Source: Phoronis australis
Lineage: Eukaryota; Animalia; Phoronida
Direction of reading: 5' to 3'
Assembly (NCBI GenBank): GCA_002633005.1
Contig: NMRA01000410.1
Coordinates: 24,464-88,463 of the forward strand
Length of the DNA: 64,000 nucleotides
Shown: positions 35,550-48,100 of the stretch, in pieces
Layout: every line of letters begins with the position of its first letter
Numbering within the stretch: the first letter of the stretch is position 1
The notes under the pieces: model-generated
What the model saw: the letters and a program-made list of their open reading frames with translations, nothing else
The model's database searches: none
What the model was told of the DNA's origin: nothing
Position numbers and translations under genes: made by a program

Positions 35550-37282
35550 AAAAAGAGCAATGCGGAGCGTTGAAATACACCCACGAATGCATTGCAAATG
35601 GTGTGCTTTTAGAGTTATTTATTTGTACCATAAAAATGGCCACTAGATGGCGCAAAAACATACAATCCATCCAAAAACAGGAACATGCCATATTTCATAA
35701 AAATCTGTCAAGGAAGTTCAGAGAAACAAAGGAATAAAATGAAATTGCCACTAGTGGACACAGTGTACGTTGGATCTGCCTGAAAGTCGCTGTTGTCTGT
35801 TGTTATCTTCATATAAATACAGTTAATAAATTTAGTAAAGATCCTGCAGTGGTTTTAGGAGATACAACTATGGGCATAAAACAAAACTACAACTAGGAGG
35901 TGCCACAGTAGTCAGTCACCATCATCAAAGGTCGTCTTCACACTGAGAACATATATGCCAATTTTCAAATGATTTGGTTGATACAATGGTGGACACCAAA
36001 AACAAGATTTGAAAACAGCAAAAAATGGCCACTAGGTGGTGCAAAATACCTAGATTCCATCCAAAAACAGGAAGATAGCGTCAGCCCACCAATAGATGCC
36101 GCGCTAGTTTTGAACCTAACTGATATACAAGGGGTTGACAGTTATAGTCAAAAAAGTTTATGAAAATCTGTTGAGGACCTTTGAAGATACTGAGTTAAAT
36201 GTAAAAAAACTAAAATTGCCACTAGGGGGCATAGCAGTAGTCAGATCAGTCCGAAAGTCGTCATCATCTGTAGTCAACATCATATAAATACACTTGCTAA
36301 ATTAAGTAAAAATCCTGTGAACGGTTTAGGAGATACAGCCATAGGCGCAACAAAAACAAAACTGCCACTAGGAGGCGCCACAGTAGTCGAAATCGTCAGA
36401 AAATCATCGTCAACCATCCTCTTTATAGTAAGCACATACATGCCAATTTTCACAATCATCCTTTGAGCGGTTTGGTTGATAGAGAGGTGGACGCAAAAAA
36501 AGACTCGAAAACAGTAAAAATGGCCTCTAGGTGGGGCAAACTACGTTGAATCCATCCGAAAATAAAAGGATAGCGTCACCACACTAATAGGTGCCTACAT
36601 ATTAAATTTCATAAAAATCCGTTAGGGACTTTTGAAGATACAAAGGTAAACGTAAAAAAATAAAATTGCCACTAGGGGGCACACTGGTTGTAAGATCTGT
36701 CCAAAAGTCGTCGTGGTCTATTTTTAACATCATATAAATATACTCACTAAATTTCGTAAAGATCGTGCGAACGGTTTAGGAGATACAACCATAGGCGCAA
36801 AAAAACAAAACTCCCACTAGGGGGTGCCACAGTAGTCGAAATCGTTGGAAAATCATCGTCAACCGTCCCCTTCATAGTAACCACAAACAATCATCTTTTG
36901 AGCAGAGGGGTGGACGTAAAAAAGAGACTCGAAAACAGAAAAAATGACCACTAGGTGGCACAAACAAGGTCGAATCCATCCGAAAATAGAATAGCGTAAT
37001 CTCACTACTAGGTGCCTACATACCAAATTTCACGAAAATCCGATCAAGACTTTTGAAGATACAAAGGTAAGCGGATAAAACTAAAATTGCCACTAGGGGA
37101 CAAACCGAAAGTTCGCTCATGCCGTCCCATTCATGAATGGAACATATGTGCCAAATTTCATGAACGTTTGTCAAAGGGTTTTGGAGATAGAGCAGCGGAC
37201 GCCTGACGGACGCCGCCCAGACGGACGGACAGAGAATTGACGGCATAATGCGTCCACATATAAATATGAGGGTGCATAAAAA
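35550..37282 (+). mobile_element. Helentron/DINE-1(HINE)-like non-autonomous element with an internal ~145-bp tandem array bearing CTCF-like motifs
   Basis: One end has a small hairpin CAATGC-GGA-GCGTTG plus ATACACCCAC. Then 11 repeat units, an (ACGG)-type microsatellite at about 37195-37230, and a terminal hairpin ATGCGTCCACATA-TAAA-TATGAGGGTGCAT followed by an A run. This matches the architecture of pearl/CvA, Tsp and DINE-1 elements; the family assignment is inference. Confidence 0.8.
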
Positions 37283-37453
37283 TTAAGCAACGTTTTGTTT
37301 AATCAAAACATTCAGTTACACTTAACATGTCATAACCATGGTGATAATGAGAGCAAAATTTGAACATGGAATGTAATCCACAACAATCAAAGGCCTGGTG
37401 TTTTATGATTTGTAGTTTCAATGCACTGACACTGGACTATATAAATGGCACTG

Positions 37454-37707
37454 CAGTAAAATGTCAACAATTTCGGACAAAAATAATTGCCAAAATTACT
37501 TTTTTTGATTACACAAGGTCCTTTAACATTGCTGTGGATGCTTATCTTTTTTCAAAATATTTTCTAATGGTAGTACCTATGATACAGAACTTAAACATGG
37601 TACAGCATTGATTTGATGCCACACCTCGTTTGTATAAAAATGAGAAAATAAAATTTCACTTTTTACTTGTGCGCCATGTTGTGTCCTAAATTGGGGACAT
37701 TTCACTG
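37454..37707. mobile_element. Tc1/mariner-type MITE; related fragments near 17633-17690, 19397-19450, 20200-20397 and 45810-45888
   Basis: CAGTAAAATGTC ... GACATTTCACTG|TA. The ttaggacacaag/tggtgagattttac blocks recur at the listed loci. Confidence 0.7.
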
Positions 37708-38007
37708 TACTACATGAATATGTACATTATCACCAATCATGCGAAATATTCCACCTCAAAATAACTTCCAGCGACATAGTACATTAAAAAGAAATAACCG
37801 ACTGACACGATCCCGTCTGAAGTTTTAGTAGATGGAGCCTAGCACGCTGATGAAAGACCTCAGGCAACATTGGCTAGTGTCCAAAAGATTTGGCTTAGTA
37901 TTATTTGATTGTGTACCAACACTAAATAAAGAACAGAGCATCTCCCCTGTCTGTTCTCCCCAACAAACAAATTTCATTCCAGCAGTCACACGCATTGCTG
38001 GGCCCAA

Positions 38008-38710
38008 TAACACATGACCAATGCAGAGTGTCCAAATGTGCATATGGCTGCACTGCAAACGGTGTGCTTCTAGTTTTTTTGGTTATAAAATTATTAGCCA
38101 TTGGCACAGAATACATCCACCTTGTACGAGATTGGGAAGGCATTGTCACCTCTACAACAAAAAACTATTTGCCAAATTTCATGAAAATCCGCTACGAAAC
38201 TTAGAAGATACATAGACAAACGTAAAATAAAACTAAAATATCCACTAAGGGGACACAGCAGTAGTCAGATAAAGGTCTGAAACTCATCATCATCCATTGT
38301 CTGCTCCATTGGAACACATCTTTTAAAGTTCACTAAGATCCTGCAAAGGGTAAGTTAAGGAGCAACATCTATAGAAGCAAAAAAATCGGTACTAAGGGGT
38401 GCCAAAGTTAAGTCGAACCTGTCCGAAAATCAATGTCAGCCAGTCTTCTCATCAAAGACATCTCTTAATTTTCACAATGATCCTTCAAGCAATTTGGCAG
38501 ATAGAGGCAGTCACAAAAAATGGACTAAAAATGTCAAAAATGTCCACTAGGTAGTGCAAATATGTTACATACGAAAATCAAAAGCTGTTCTGGTCTCCAT
38601 AGCAGAAGCTTATTTGCCACATTCCTTGAAAATCCATCAAAGAACTTCGAAGATACAAACGTAAACGTAAAAAACTAAAATTGCACATATAAAATGTGGG
38701 CGCATAAAAA
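38008..38710 (+). mobile_element. Shorter, more decayed copy of the 35550-37282 element
   Basis: Same start block (caatgcagagtg...tgcactgcaaacggtgtgcttctag), three decayed units (38241, 38388, 38541) and the same end cacatataaaatgtgggcgcataaaaa. Confidence 0.8.
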
Positions 38711-41700
38711 TGCTGAGCAAATACATGTAACTTTTGACTGACTCCGGCATTTCATCCTTGTTTAGCTGTCAAAGTTCAATTCTTACCCGAAGCCGTCTTT
38801 GAGGTTTAATAATTTTACCAAGCTCATCCAAACTTGACTAATGTGCTAGCAACTCGGGTCACACAAAATACGTTTGTGTGCCATTTTCAAATCTGCAATT
38901 TTAGGGTTGGCGAACACCAATAAATTCTGAAGCATTTCCTTGAGTTGCTGATGACTTGATGTTAATGTCGATAACCGAAATTGAATCCTATCACGGCGAG
39001 GGACCCCATGAGAGCACTTTTATGAGAGTAGAAGGCCCAATTCAATTTTCGTTGTTTAGCCAGAGATACAAGGCGAAATGCAGCTCTAAATAGAATTTAG
39101 TTAGCAGACGTTTTTATATTCTGTGAATGCTCAGAATCTGCAGTGAGCATTTTATGAGCACCTTACTGTTTTTTGCACTGTATTGCGAGTGTGCAATAAA
39201 AAGAGTTCCATTCCATATGCTGTGTCAGCATCCCAACACAATATTGAAGACAGGTGACCTATTTGTTTAACTGCTGGGACAGCTATGAATAATTTGATCA
39301 ATTCCTCACAATAGAATTGCCATGGTTTCCATGTGAAAATTGATGAAAATCATCCCATGTATTTTTCAAGCAAATTTGTACCAGGGAAAATTGTAGCAGT
39401 CAGACACGAATGTGATGAAATTCTGACTCCTTTGTGGTTCCACCAAATTTCGATGAATTAATACCGGGGAAAAATTAGTCATGACCTACGTGGTTTTTTT
39501 GACTGAATAAAAATTCATTGTTATTTGTATCATAAAGCCACCAGTGTTGGCGCATGCAATGTACCACACTGTGTAGTGTCAGTATCTGCCAACAGGGGCG
39601 ATTCTGGTAGTTATGAATTCTTTTGGGAAACCACCTTCTGTGAAATTAGTCCAGTGCATTTTTTCAAAAAATATTTCAAAATGCATGGGAATGGGATGGG
39701 CGCCAGCAAGGAACTATTGGATTCTTCCTTTATTGTAGAGAATTTCTCGCTTACACTGGTCACCACTCAGACTCTCTTTGCCCAAGACAACTTTCAGGAT
39801 GCCTATTCAGCATGCCCTTTGTATTGATGTGGATCTGAGCTTATGAAGTAGAAAGGTAATTGCTAGCACTACTGTCTCAACAGTTATTACACCCAAACTG
39901 GTTTTCTCTGGCACTTGCAGAGTTACAGGGGACAACTGTGGACAGTTAGTTTTAACTTGGGTACATTTTAAATATTACAACATGACTAAAAATTTTTATT
40001 TGTGTTTATCTTGACAAAGGGCCACTTCCTAAAGGAACGATAGTTTTAAATGTTTCATACCAGTTTTTATTATTTCATTATTAATACTCCTGTCTACTTG
40101 TTTTTTTCTTACCGGGAAAGGGTTGATAGGTTCTTTTTATTTCATTTTTAAACTTGAAGTACCAAAACAATCATGGTAGATTTTGATCGCCAGCGAAAGT
40201 TAATTAGTTTAGTTAATTGTGAACCCATCCCTAAAATTTCCAGATTACACCTACACTAAACATGTCACAGCAAACAAAACTAAACCTGTCAGTAGTTCAA
40301 GTTTAATCTTTATTGGAACTCAAGTCGTAAAATGTAAACAAAAATGCAAATATGGCGATGACCACATTGAAGATTTGGAGTCTCTGGACAATTTCGGTTG
40401 CACTGACTAACTATTCTAGGTTTTTGTCAGTGATAAAAAATGAAGAGTGGGCTCAAGCTAAGTACAACTGTTTCCTAGTAAAAATCTGGTTAAACGAGAT
40501 TGAAAGAATATTAAAAGTACAATCTATGAGATATTGTTAACTCTGATCAGCGTTTGTAAATCCACCGAGTATATCAATACGTACTGTCATTTATCTTCAA
40601 TCGTGCCCAATGTTTTTAACTTACCGATATTAGTTCATCGATTTTTAAAAATCAAAAACCATATTTGGTTGTTTTTTCCAGCTGAATACCGCCGTGGCGT
40701 TCGTTTTTAACGAAAATTATTGGTTAATGCATTTTGAAAATTTGCCATTATGTACAGGCAGAGATCGATGTTTACTACCATTAATGGTCGGATAATTACA
40801 CTTAATTGGGTCTTGCTCGCACCGGAAAATACCGTCATCCCAACTGTATCCGACTCCAGTGCCAACCTGGTAAAAGCCGCTCAGAAGGACGAGCGAGCGG
40901 TGAAAATTACCCCATATCTTTAGAGATACGTTACTTCCTTGTAAGCGTATTATTCCCGGTATGATCTCAAGCACTTTTGAATTGAATCAAACTACTTCAG
41001 TAGAGAACGTCATTGCTACATACACTACTCCAAATATTTGTCCAGATGTCCAATTTCCTGGTAAGTGCCAGTGCTGTATCTCACACTAAATCTTTGCTGT
41101 GACAGAAAATGTAATTTCATTTTGCCAAATTTCTTAACAATAATAAAATCAAGAAAATTTTACTATTTAGTGCAAAAAGAACAAAAGCTGCAACCTGACA
41201 GAAGTCAATAAGCTGACCTTACGGAATTCTTGTCGGAAATTCAAAATACGCATTATCATCATTATCATATTTCCCATGATAATTTGCATTCACTTTCAAA
41301 CTACTACGTAGCCAAATTGAACCATTTTCAAGGAATTTTACGCAGGTAAAATAATTTATCTCCAACCCCCAGCCTTTTCATTTGTGACAAACAAGATAAA
41401 AATGAAAGCGCAATGATTGCTATGATGTATGCGTCAACTAGCCCGAAAACAATGGAACAGGTACACTCAACTTAATTATCACGTCCATTAAGCTATCAAC
41501 TGTATTGTGTTGGAATGATAGGTTTATTACATAGCCCCCATAACAAACAACTCTGTTCAAACAAGTCATGATTTGGGAGGCAAGATGAGCTGTTCTAATC
41601 ACAGAAATTATCAGTTTGACTTGAAAGAACAAACACAGTTTGGGAATCTAGTACATTCCGAGATAGTTACAGCGAGGTTGTGGGTTATTCCCAGCAGTTA

Positions 41701-44194
41701 TCACATGCAAATGACAGCTAAGTTTAATTTGGTATCCTTATGCAAATTGGATAACCTTGCAATCAACCAATCAACTGCAAACTTGTGTATTGCAGCACAC
41801 ACCAGTACTACTGAAATTGTGGTATGTTATCAGTTACACATTGGCAGTTTTGCAGTTGCAGATTTCATGGGATATCTGCTAATGGATTGTAGGACACACA
41901 AGTTTCCCAGCAGAATGAAACCAACCAACGAAAGCAAAGAATGTACACCTACATTTTCAGCCAACAGATGGCACAGAAAATGAAAATCCCACAAGACAAC
42001 AATTTGCAGGTTTCCAAACTTGCAAAAAAGATGCAATCACCATCTTGTTCCAAAATCTTGTAAGGTCTATAGCCAGTCAGATGGAAAAACAGCATGATGT
42101 CTTAAAAATCTTTGCAACAGGTTACAAAATGACCTTGCTTATCTATTCTTGTCTATTCTCTAAATGCAAAAAGGTCCGTGGGATATTCAAATTCCTTTTC
42201 AATACCAAACGGAACCATCATAATCGAATTGTTATTTATTTACTCACACTTTATGGTAAACATTTGACATGGCTGTTTCTGAGGAGTGAGTGGGGGAGCA
42301 TTCAAATTTCACTACTTTCATTGTAGGTATTAAAGTTAAGATCTCTCTGATAAGTAGGGGCATACATAACACAATTCAATTTTCAATGACAGTCTCCAAT
42401 GGGCAGGTAAAGAATGGTGTCATGAACAGGCAGTGCCAGTTACCACTGATGCCACACTTAATGTGGTAATTGATCTATTACACACAATAGGACCTTGGAT
42501 CAGATTCCCAGATTAAAAGGCCAGAAATGTCAGTACAAATCTACTGTACCATGGCAGCTCAGTTTTTAATGGAGCCCACCCCCCTTCCCTTACAGAAAAG
42601 GGGCAAACAGACCTAAAAATTTAGTCCCAACTGTTCATCCCACTGCTCAAAATCTCAAAATGACACCTGTTATTTACCTGTTGAACAACAAGAGTGACCC
42701 AGACATAAGTAGCTGTGGAAACTCTGGGTTTGGTATGATGATAACTGGGATACTCTTGATTTGTAATGATATGTAACAATTACATAATGAGATAGTTCAT
42801 TAAGCAGTTAGTTATCCATAGATAAGGATGAATCTCAGCGGTGTACAGGAGTGATGTAGTTAATCTGCTACCAATTGATAAGACACCTTTCATATCACCT
42901 GAGAAAACTGATCACGATAGTCGTCTTACATCGCAGCAAAAACTCCCAAGTTTGGACAGTCTTTAAAATTTGAGACACCGTAATTCAAACTGAAACTGAA
43001 TTTTCTTAATCCAGAAGATTAGGACATGGGATGATTTTTGGGATTCATCATATTTTTCTACTATTGGAAATTGCATTTTACACCAACAGAGTCTGAAAGT
43101 AGACTTGCCATAAACAATAGTTCCTAGGACATTTTCAAGCATTCCCATTGTGTGTTACACCGAAGTGAACAATTGTTTGTTGTTGATCATAATTTTTTTA
43201 CTTTGGACGGCCAATATTTGCCTATTTCTGAAATTTAATTGGTACATGCTCCGACCTTGAGCAAAATAATCAAGTTTTCACCGTACCAAAACGGAGAATT
43301 TTAATGTACACTTTGCAACCACGAATGCATTTTGAAAGAGGCTAATAGAGTCCTTTCACATTCATAATATGCTTGCCCAGAAGCACAAAAAGTCAGCGCG
43401 AGGGCACGAGACAGCGTGAAAGTAGTCGAAGGGGCATTGCTTTCTTTAGGTTTGTGTGCTTGCCCAAAGCAAGAACAACTTCTTGTATGGTGAAATATTT
43501 GTAAAATGCCTTTACTACTGGGTCAGGGTGGACAAGATTTTTGTTGTGCATTAGTGTGCAGACGTAAATTGGAAATGTGAATTTTTTACACTAAGTTACA
43601 GAACAGAGCCTAACACTAACACCACCAGGACTTAAATTGCAGTCATAGGCCCTGCCCATATTTTGTTTAGAAAACTTGTGACTAAGTCTGCGCAAACCAG
43701 ACAATTGCGTAAACCGAAAATATATGCAGCTTTCAACAGCTTTTAATATCACGAGCGAAGGTTTGACAGATAATTCTCCCAGAGTCGGTTCATGGAGTTG
43801 AAACTTGCTACAAGCAATTACGACGTGGATTTACCAAGCGGTTTGTGGCCCAAATGGACTGGAGTCGGTGAACCGATATCTTGGGTTTCTTAGACATATA
43901 GCATCTGTTGTTGTGACTTTTTTGAGACTTTCATTTCACTTTGAAACATTCATTTTTGGTTTTTTTATACTCAAAATACCACCATATTTGTTTATACTTC
44001 GCTACAAATAACCTAATTTTACTAAGCATGAGTTACAAGTTGCGTTTACAAATTACACCTCGCCCCTTGGTGTGGCAATGTCTGTAAACGCTGTTGTCGT
44101 GGCATGAGTCTGATGACATCTACACATGCTATAAATCGTATCGACTAAATAAAAATATGCTTTCATGTTCATTTGAATAAACTTTTGGGACAAG

Positions 44195-45105
44195 TAAATG
44201 AAAGCGCTCCGAGGAGCGACACTTGGCGAAATTAACAGAAAAGACAACGATAGAGACGAATATGAAGATGATGGTGTCGATGATGAACAATAAAAGTAAT
44301 GATAACATTCACAAGACGAACGTTGAGGCCAGACATCAGTAAGTATAGGCTACAGTCTTGAGCGACACTTGGCGAAATAAATTGAAAAGACGACGATGTA
44401 GATGATGACGAAGATGACAAATATGATGACGATGGTGATAATGCTGAACAACATCATAACATTCATATGACGCACTTAGATGTCATAAATCAACAAGAAA
44501 TAGGCTACAGTCCTGTTCAATAGGAGCTAAACCAACATCAATGCAGCCAGAGCGCTCAACAAAGGAACAGCGCTATCACAAAATCTCAACTTCGAAAAGT
44601 AAACGTCCAAGCGAAAAATGGAAAACATCTTCTGAAAGCTCGTTCAAAACTCTATCTAAATTGATAGTATCGCCAAATTCCATAAATTTTTCGAAAAAAA
44701 TGAAATTTTGCGTATTTTTTGAAATTCAAAGTCACATAACTCGAAAACAGTAAGTCTGAGAAAAAATTGTAACAGGTCATCTGAAAGGGTATACCTCAAA
44801 GAATCCACATGCAAAAATTCATGTCATTTTCTCTTCCCGTTAAAATGGCACCCCAGCACAACTGAAAATGGGTCAACATGCGCCAGATCCACCATCTTGG
44901 AAACAATATATGGAATGAACATCTAAACACGATAACTCAAAATCCTTCATGAGTCATTTAAAGCTAGGCTTCCAGCACTTCCGGAGCTACACGTTGTGTG
45001 TAAATTTCATGTGGTTAGGACGAAAATTGCGACCTGTAGAATGAGAACAAAAAAAAATTGACGTCAGAGCAACATACTTAGCGAATCAATTTCGCCAAGT
45101 AATAA
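44195..45105 (+). mobile_element. Second HINE-like family
   Basis: Start hairpin CGCTCC-GA-GGAGCG plus ACTTGGCGAA; a 146-bp internal tandem duplication (44214 and 44360) with GAT/GAC-rich filler; terminal hairpin TACTTAGCGAA-TCAAT-TTCGCCAAGTA followed by an A-rich tail. Confidence 0.75.
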
Positions 45106-48100
45106 ACAAAACAAATAATGTGACACACAGGATCTCGTGGGAATGTATAGTCAGAAAATTTCAGCGCTAAAAAACGGTCCATTCTTTACCCAGATCATTA
45201 GGAAACTGTGCCGTTTAATATAAATATGTGGGTGCATAAAAATTGGCCAAAACGCTGTGATAGGTTTTTATTTGTTGACAACAGTTTGGAGTTGATGCGC
45301 CTCTACATTAATGTTTTCATTCAGCGTGGTAGATAATTGACGTTTGTGATGTGACATCGGACAAAAGACTGAACCTGGCGATTAACATAAGAAAGATTGA
45401 TACCAGGCCTCTGAAAACCTGGTGTCGTCTGGAACATGGACCAAAACAGGAGTAATAGTTGCAATCTGCTGTGTTCCCTAGAAGAAGGAAGATAGACAAA
45501 GAATAGTGCATTGTGGGAGACTTATTAGGAGTAACATGGTTGACTGACAGATCGCGCATGTGTTGTTCAAGCAGCCTACCAAAGAGTGACGGAAAATCGG
45601 GCTCTTCAAAGCAGTAGCGTAAAAAGAGCAACCAGTCTGAAAATAAAAAATCAGAAATTGATGTTCAAAACGCCCGCATTTGTTTTTCCATCCACAATGA
45701 ATGACTTCAAATAAATTAACAAAGTATAGTTTCAGTAAAGAATAGTTAACTTAAGATGAAGCCAGAACGTCATTACTTTTGATGCCAAACTTTTCAATTG
45801 AGATTTTTCAGTAAAATCTCACCAAAGCGATGATTGTGTGTTCAATTGTAGGACATACTGTGCCCATAATTGGTGAGATTTTATTGTAACACTCAAAAAC
45901 TAATTTTTCTGTAATTCGACAGGTTCACCATCTCAATGAAGACAGATATTCCAAAAAATTCAGTATGTGGATATTTTTGCATTTCTAAATTCATCGGAAT
46001 GGTGAAATATAGTTACAATTTGTTACCAGTTTCATTTGTATCTATCCTGGGAACTTTTTGAGAGTTATTATGTAATTAACTTCAATACAAAACACATCTG
46101 GCTTTGTCAAAGTTACAGTTACAGAAAGCTGACGAAATCTGAAAATTAGTCAGAAATATTTGCTACGTAATTTCGCAGACCTCAACTATTTTTCGAAACT
46201 ACTATATCAAAAACATGATTATATTTAGATAAGGGCGTAATCTGTCTTCGTTGAAACAAAATTATATACCGTACTCACAAAGGGGAAGGTAAGATCGGTA
46301 TAAGTGCTTGAACATCTTTGGCCTTTGGGTCAGCAATTCAATGTCCGGTCACAAGGTGTTCTTGTTCACGAGGGCGTGATAACATCCGCTCATACGCAAA
46401 GCAACGTCATGCAATGGGGCATAATGTTAGTCAGCATTCAATATATGTAACGATTTCAAAGACAACAGATTATTTACTGACAAAGGCTTGCAATTATTTC
46501 CAACCCATGTAACAACTGATAACCAACCCGCGTAATCCCCAACCAAGTGTTGAAGTCATTTCTGGAAACCTGTTTTCAAATATGTATTGCATAATAATTA
46601 CATGGTATTAGGACCTTGATAGCTCACAAGATGTTCAAAGTAAAATGTGACAATTTCATGATATTAATAAATGAGTATCATTGGGAACTGTGAAGGTTGG
46701 AGGGCAGAGCCTGTTACCGTACTTATCCGGGTTTAAGCAAATGTTCGCGTCAATGGCCATCCCTTTGATCACACTTAACCTTAAAAAGTCAAGAAAAAAA
46801 GTTCCTCAAAAATAGAGACTACAGTTTTTCCGAGCTTTATAAATGTACAATTTTATAGTTTGTGCCTAATGGATACATCTATTCAAATGGGGCTTAAAAC
46901 ATGGCCCACACCTCATCTGGAAGCAAAACACCCTATAAAGGTTTGATTACTATAAATTATCAATAATTTCACACAAAAATGATTGCCAAAGTTGCCTTTT
47001 ATACCATTTTTAAAAAAATCTCATTTCTTAAAGAACAGGGAATGGGAATAATCATTTATATACTATTTTTTAAACTTTTCTACGAACACCTCAACAAATT
47101 TGCTCAAAATCCTTGATGTATCATTTTTTTAAACTCATAAATATGTTATAGTGCTAAGCAGTTTTCAAAAGATTTTTAAACATCAGACAAAAATTAACAC
47201 AATCTCAAATAAATATGTCACACTTTGGATCTTGCCCAAATGTGTTTAACACTCAAAGCTAAAATTGGCAATGGAGTCTTCCTCATCTGCACGTACAGTA
47301 AAACCTGTCCAATTGGTAGACATAATATGGTGAACATGTAAAATTATATTTTATATCGTTTTTTGATTCATAAAAGACAAGTAGCACTAAACAACGCTTT
47401 ACAATTTTTAAGTTCTATATAAAAACTACCATGGTACCACCAAACCATTGTTTTGAGAAATTGTCAGCATTCACAACAATCTTAGGGCACTTTGAAGAGC
47501 TATGACGGGAAAAACGTAGACAAACTGTAGGTCTGTGTATTGTGCGAGAAAGGTAGACAAACTATAGACCTGTGCAATTTGTCTGAGAAAGGTAGAAAAA
47601 CTATAGTCCTGAGCATTGTGCGAGACTGGAATTGGCAATGACCAGGTTGATTTTATTGACAGATTGCACATACACAAATAAAATCTATTAAAGGCTTTCA
47701 AAAATGCTATGATTTTCACAAGAAAATAATTAAGTACTGTAACAGCTATTTTCATGTACCATAATGCAGCTAACATGAAATGTTACTATTTTACTCCAGA
47801 CACAGCAAAGACTTTCAAAACAGCATTTTTTCTCCAAAAAATGGCCTTCCACCAACCAGATAAGGAATATGGTGAGAGAGCAGTTTCTATCCAAATACAA
47901 TTCAACAGGGTAGTAAAGCAAAATGGATTAAGAACTGTAGGAAACAAGACGTGATTCAATGGGAAATTTTCACTTTCAATGTAGGGCTTATATAAGTGAA
48001 ATTTCTGGACTTTACTAAGGAAAATGAAAATGACAGTCCTGCTTCTTACTCAGACTTGACTTAAAATAAGGGAAGAGATGACTCGCATGTTTTTACTGGC

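Noticed and set aside
35630-37200. Conserved short motif with variable spacers as a CRISPR-like array
   Set aside because: The apparent spacers are homologous to each other (A-B-C trimer), so this is a diverged tandem repeat.
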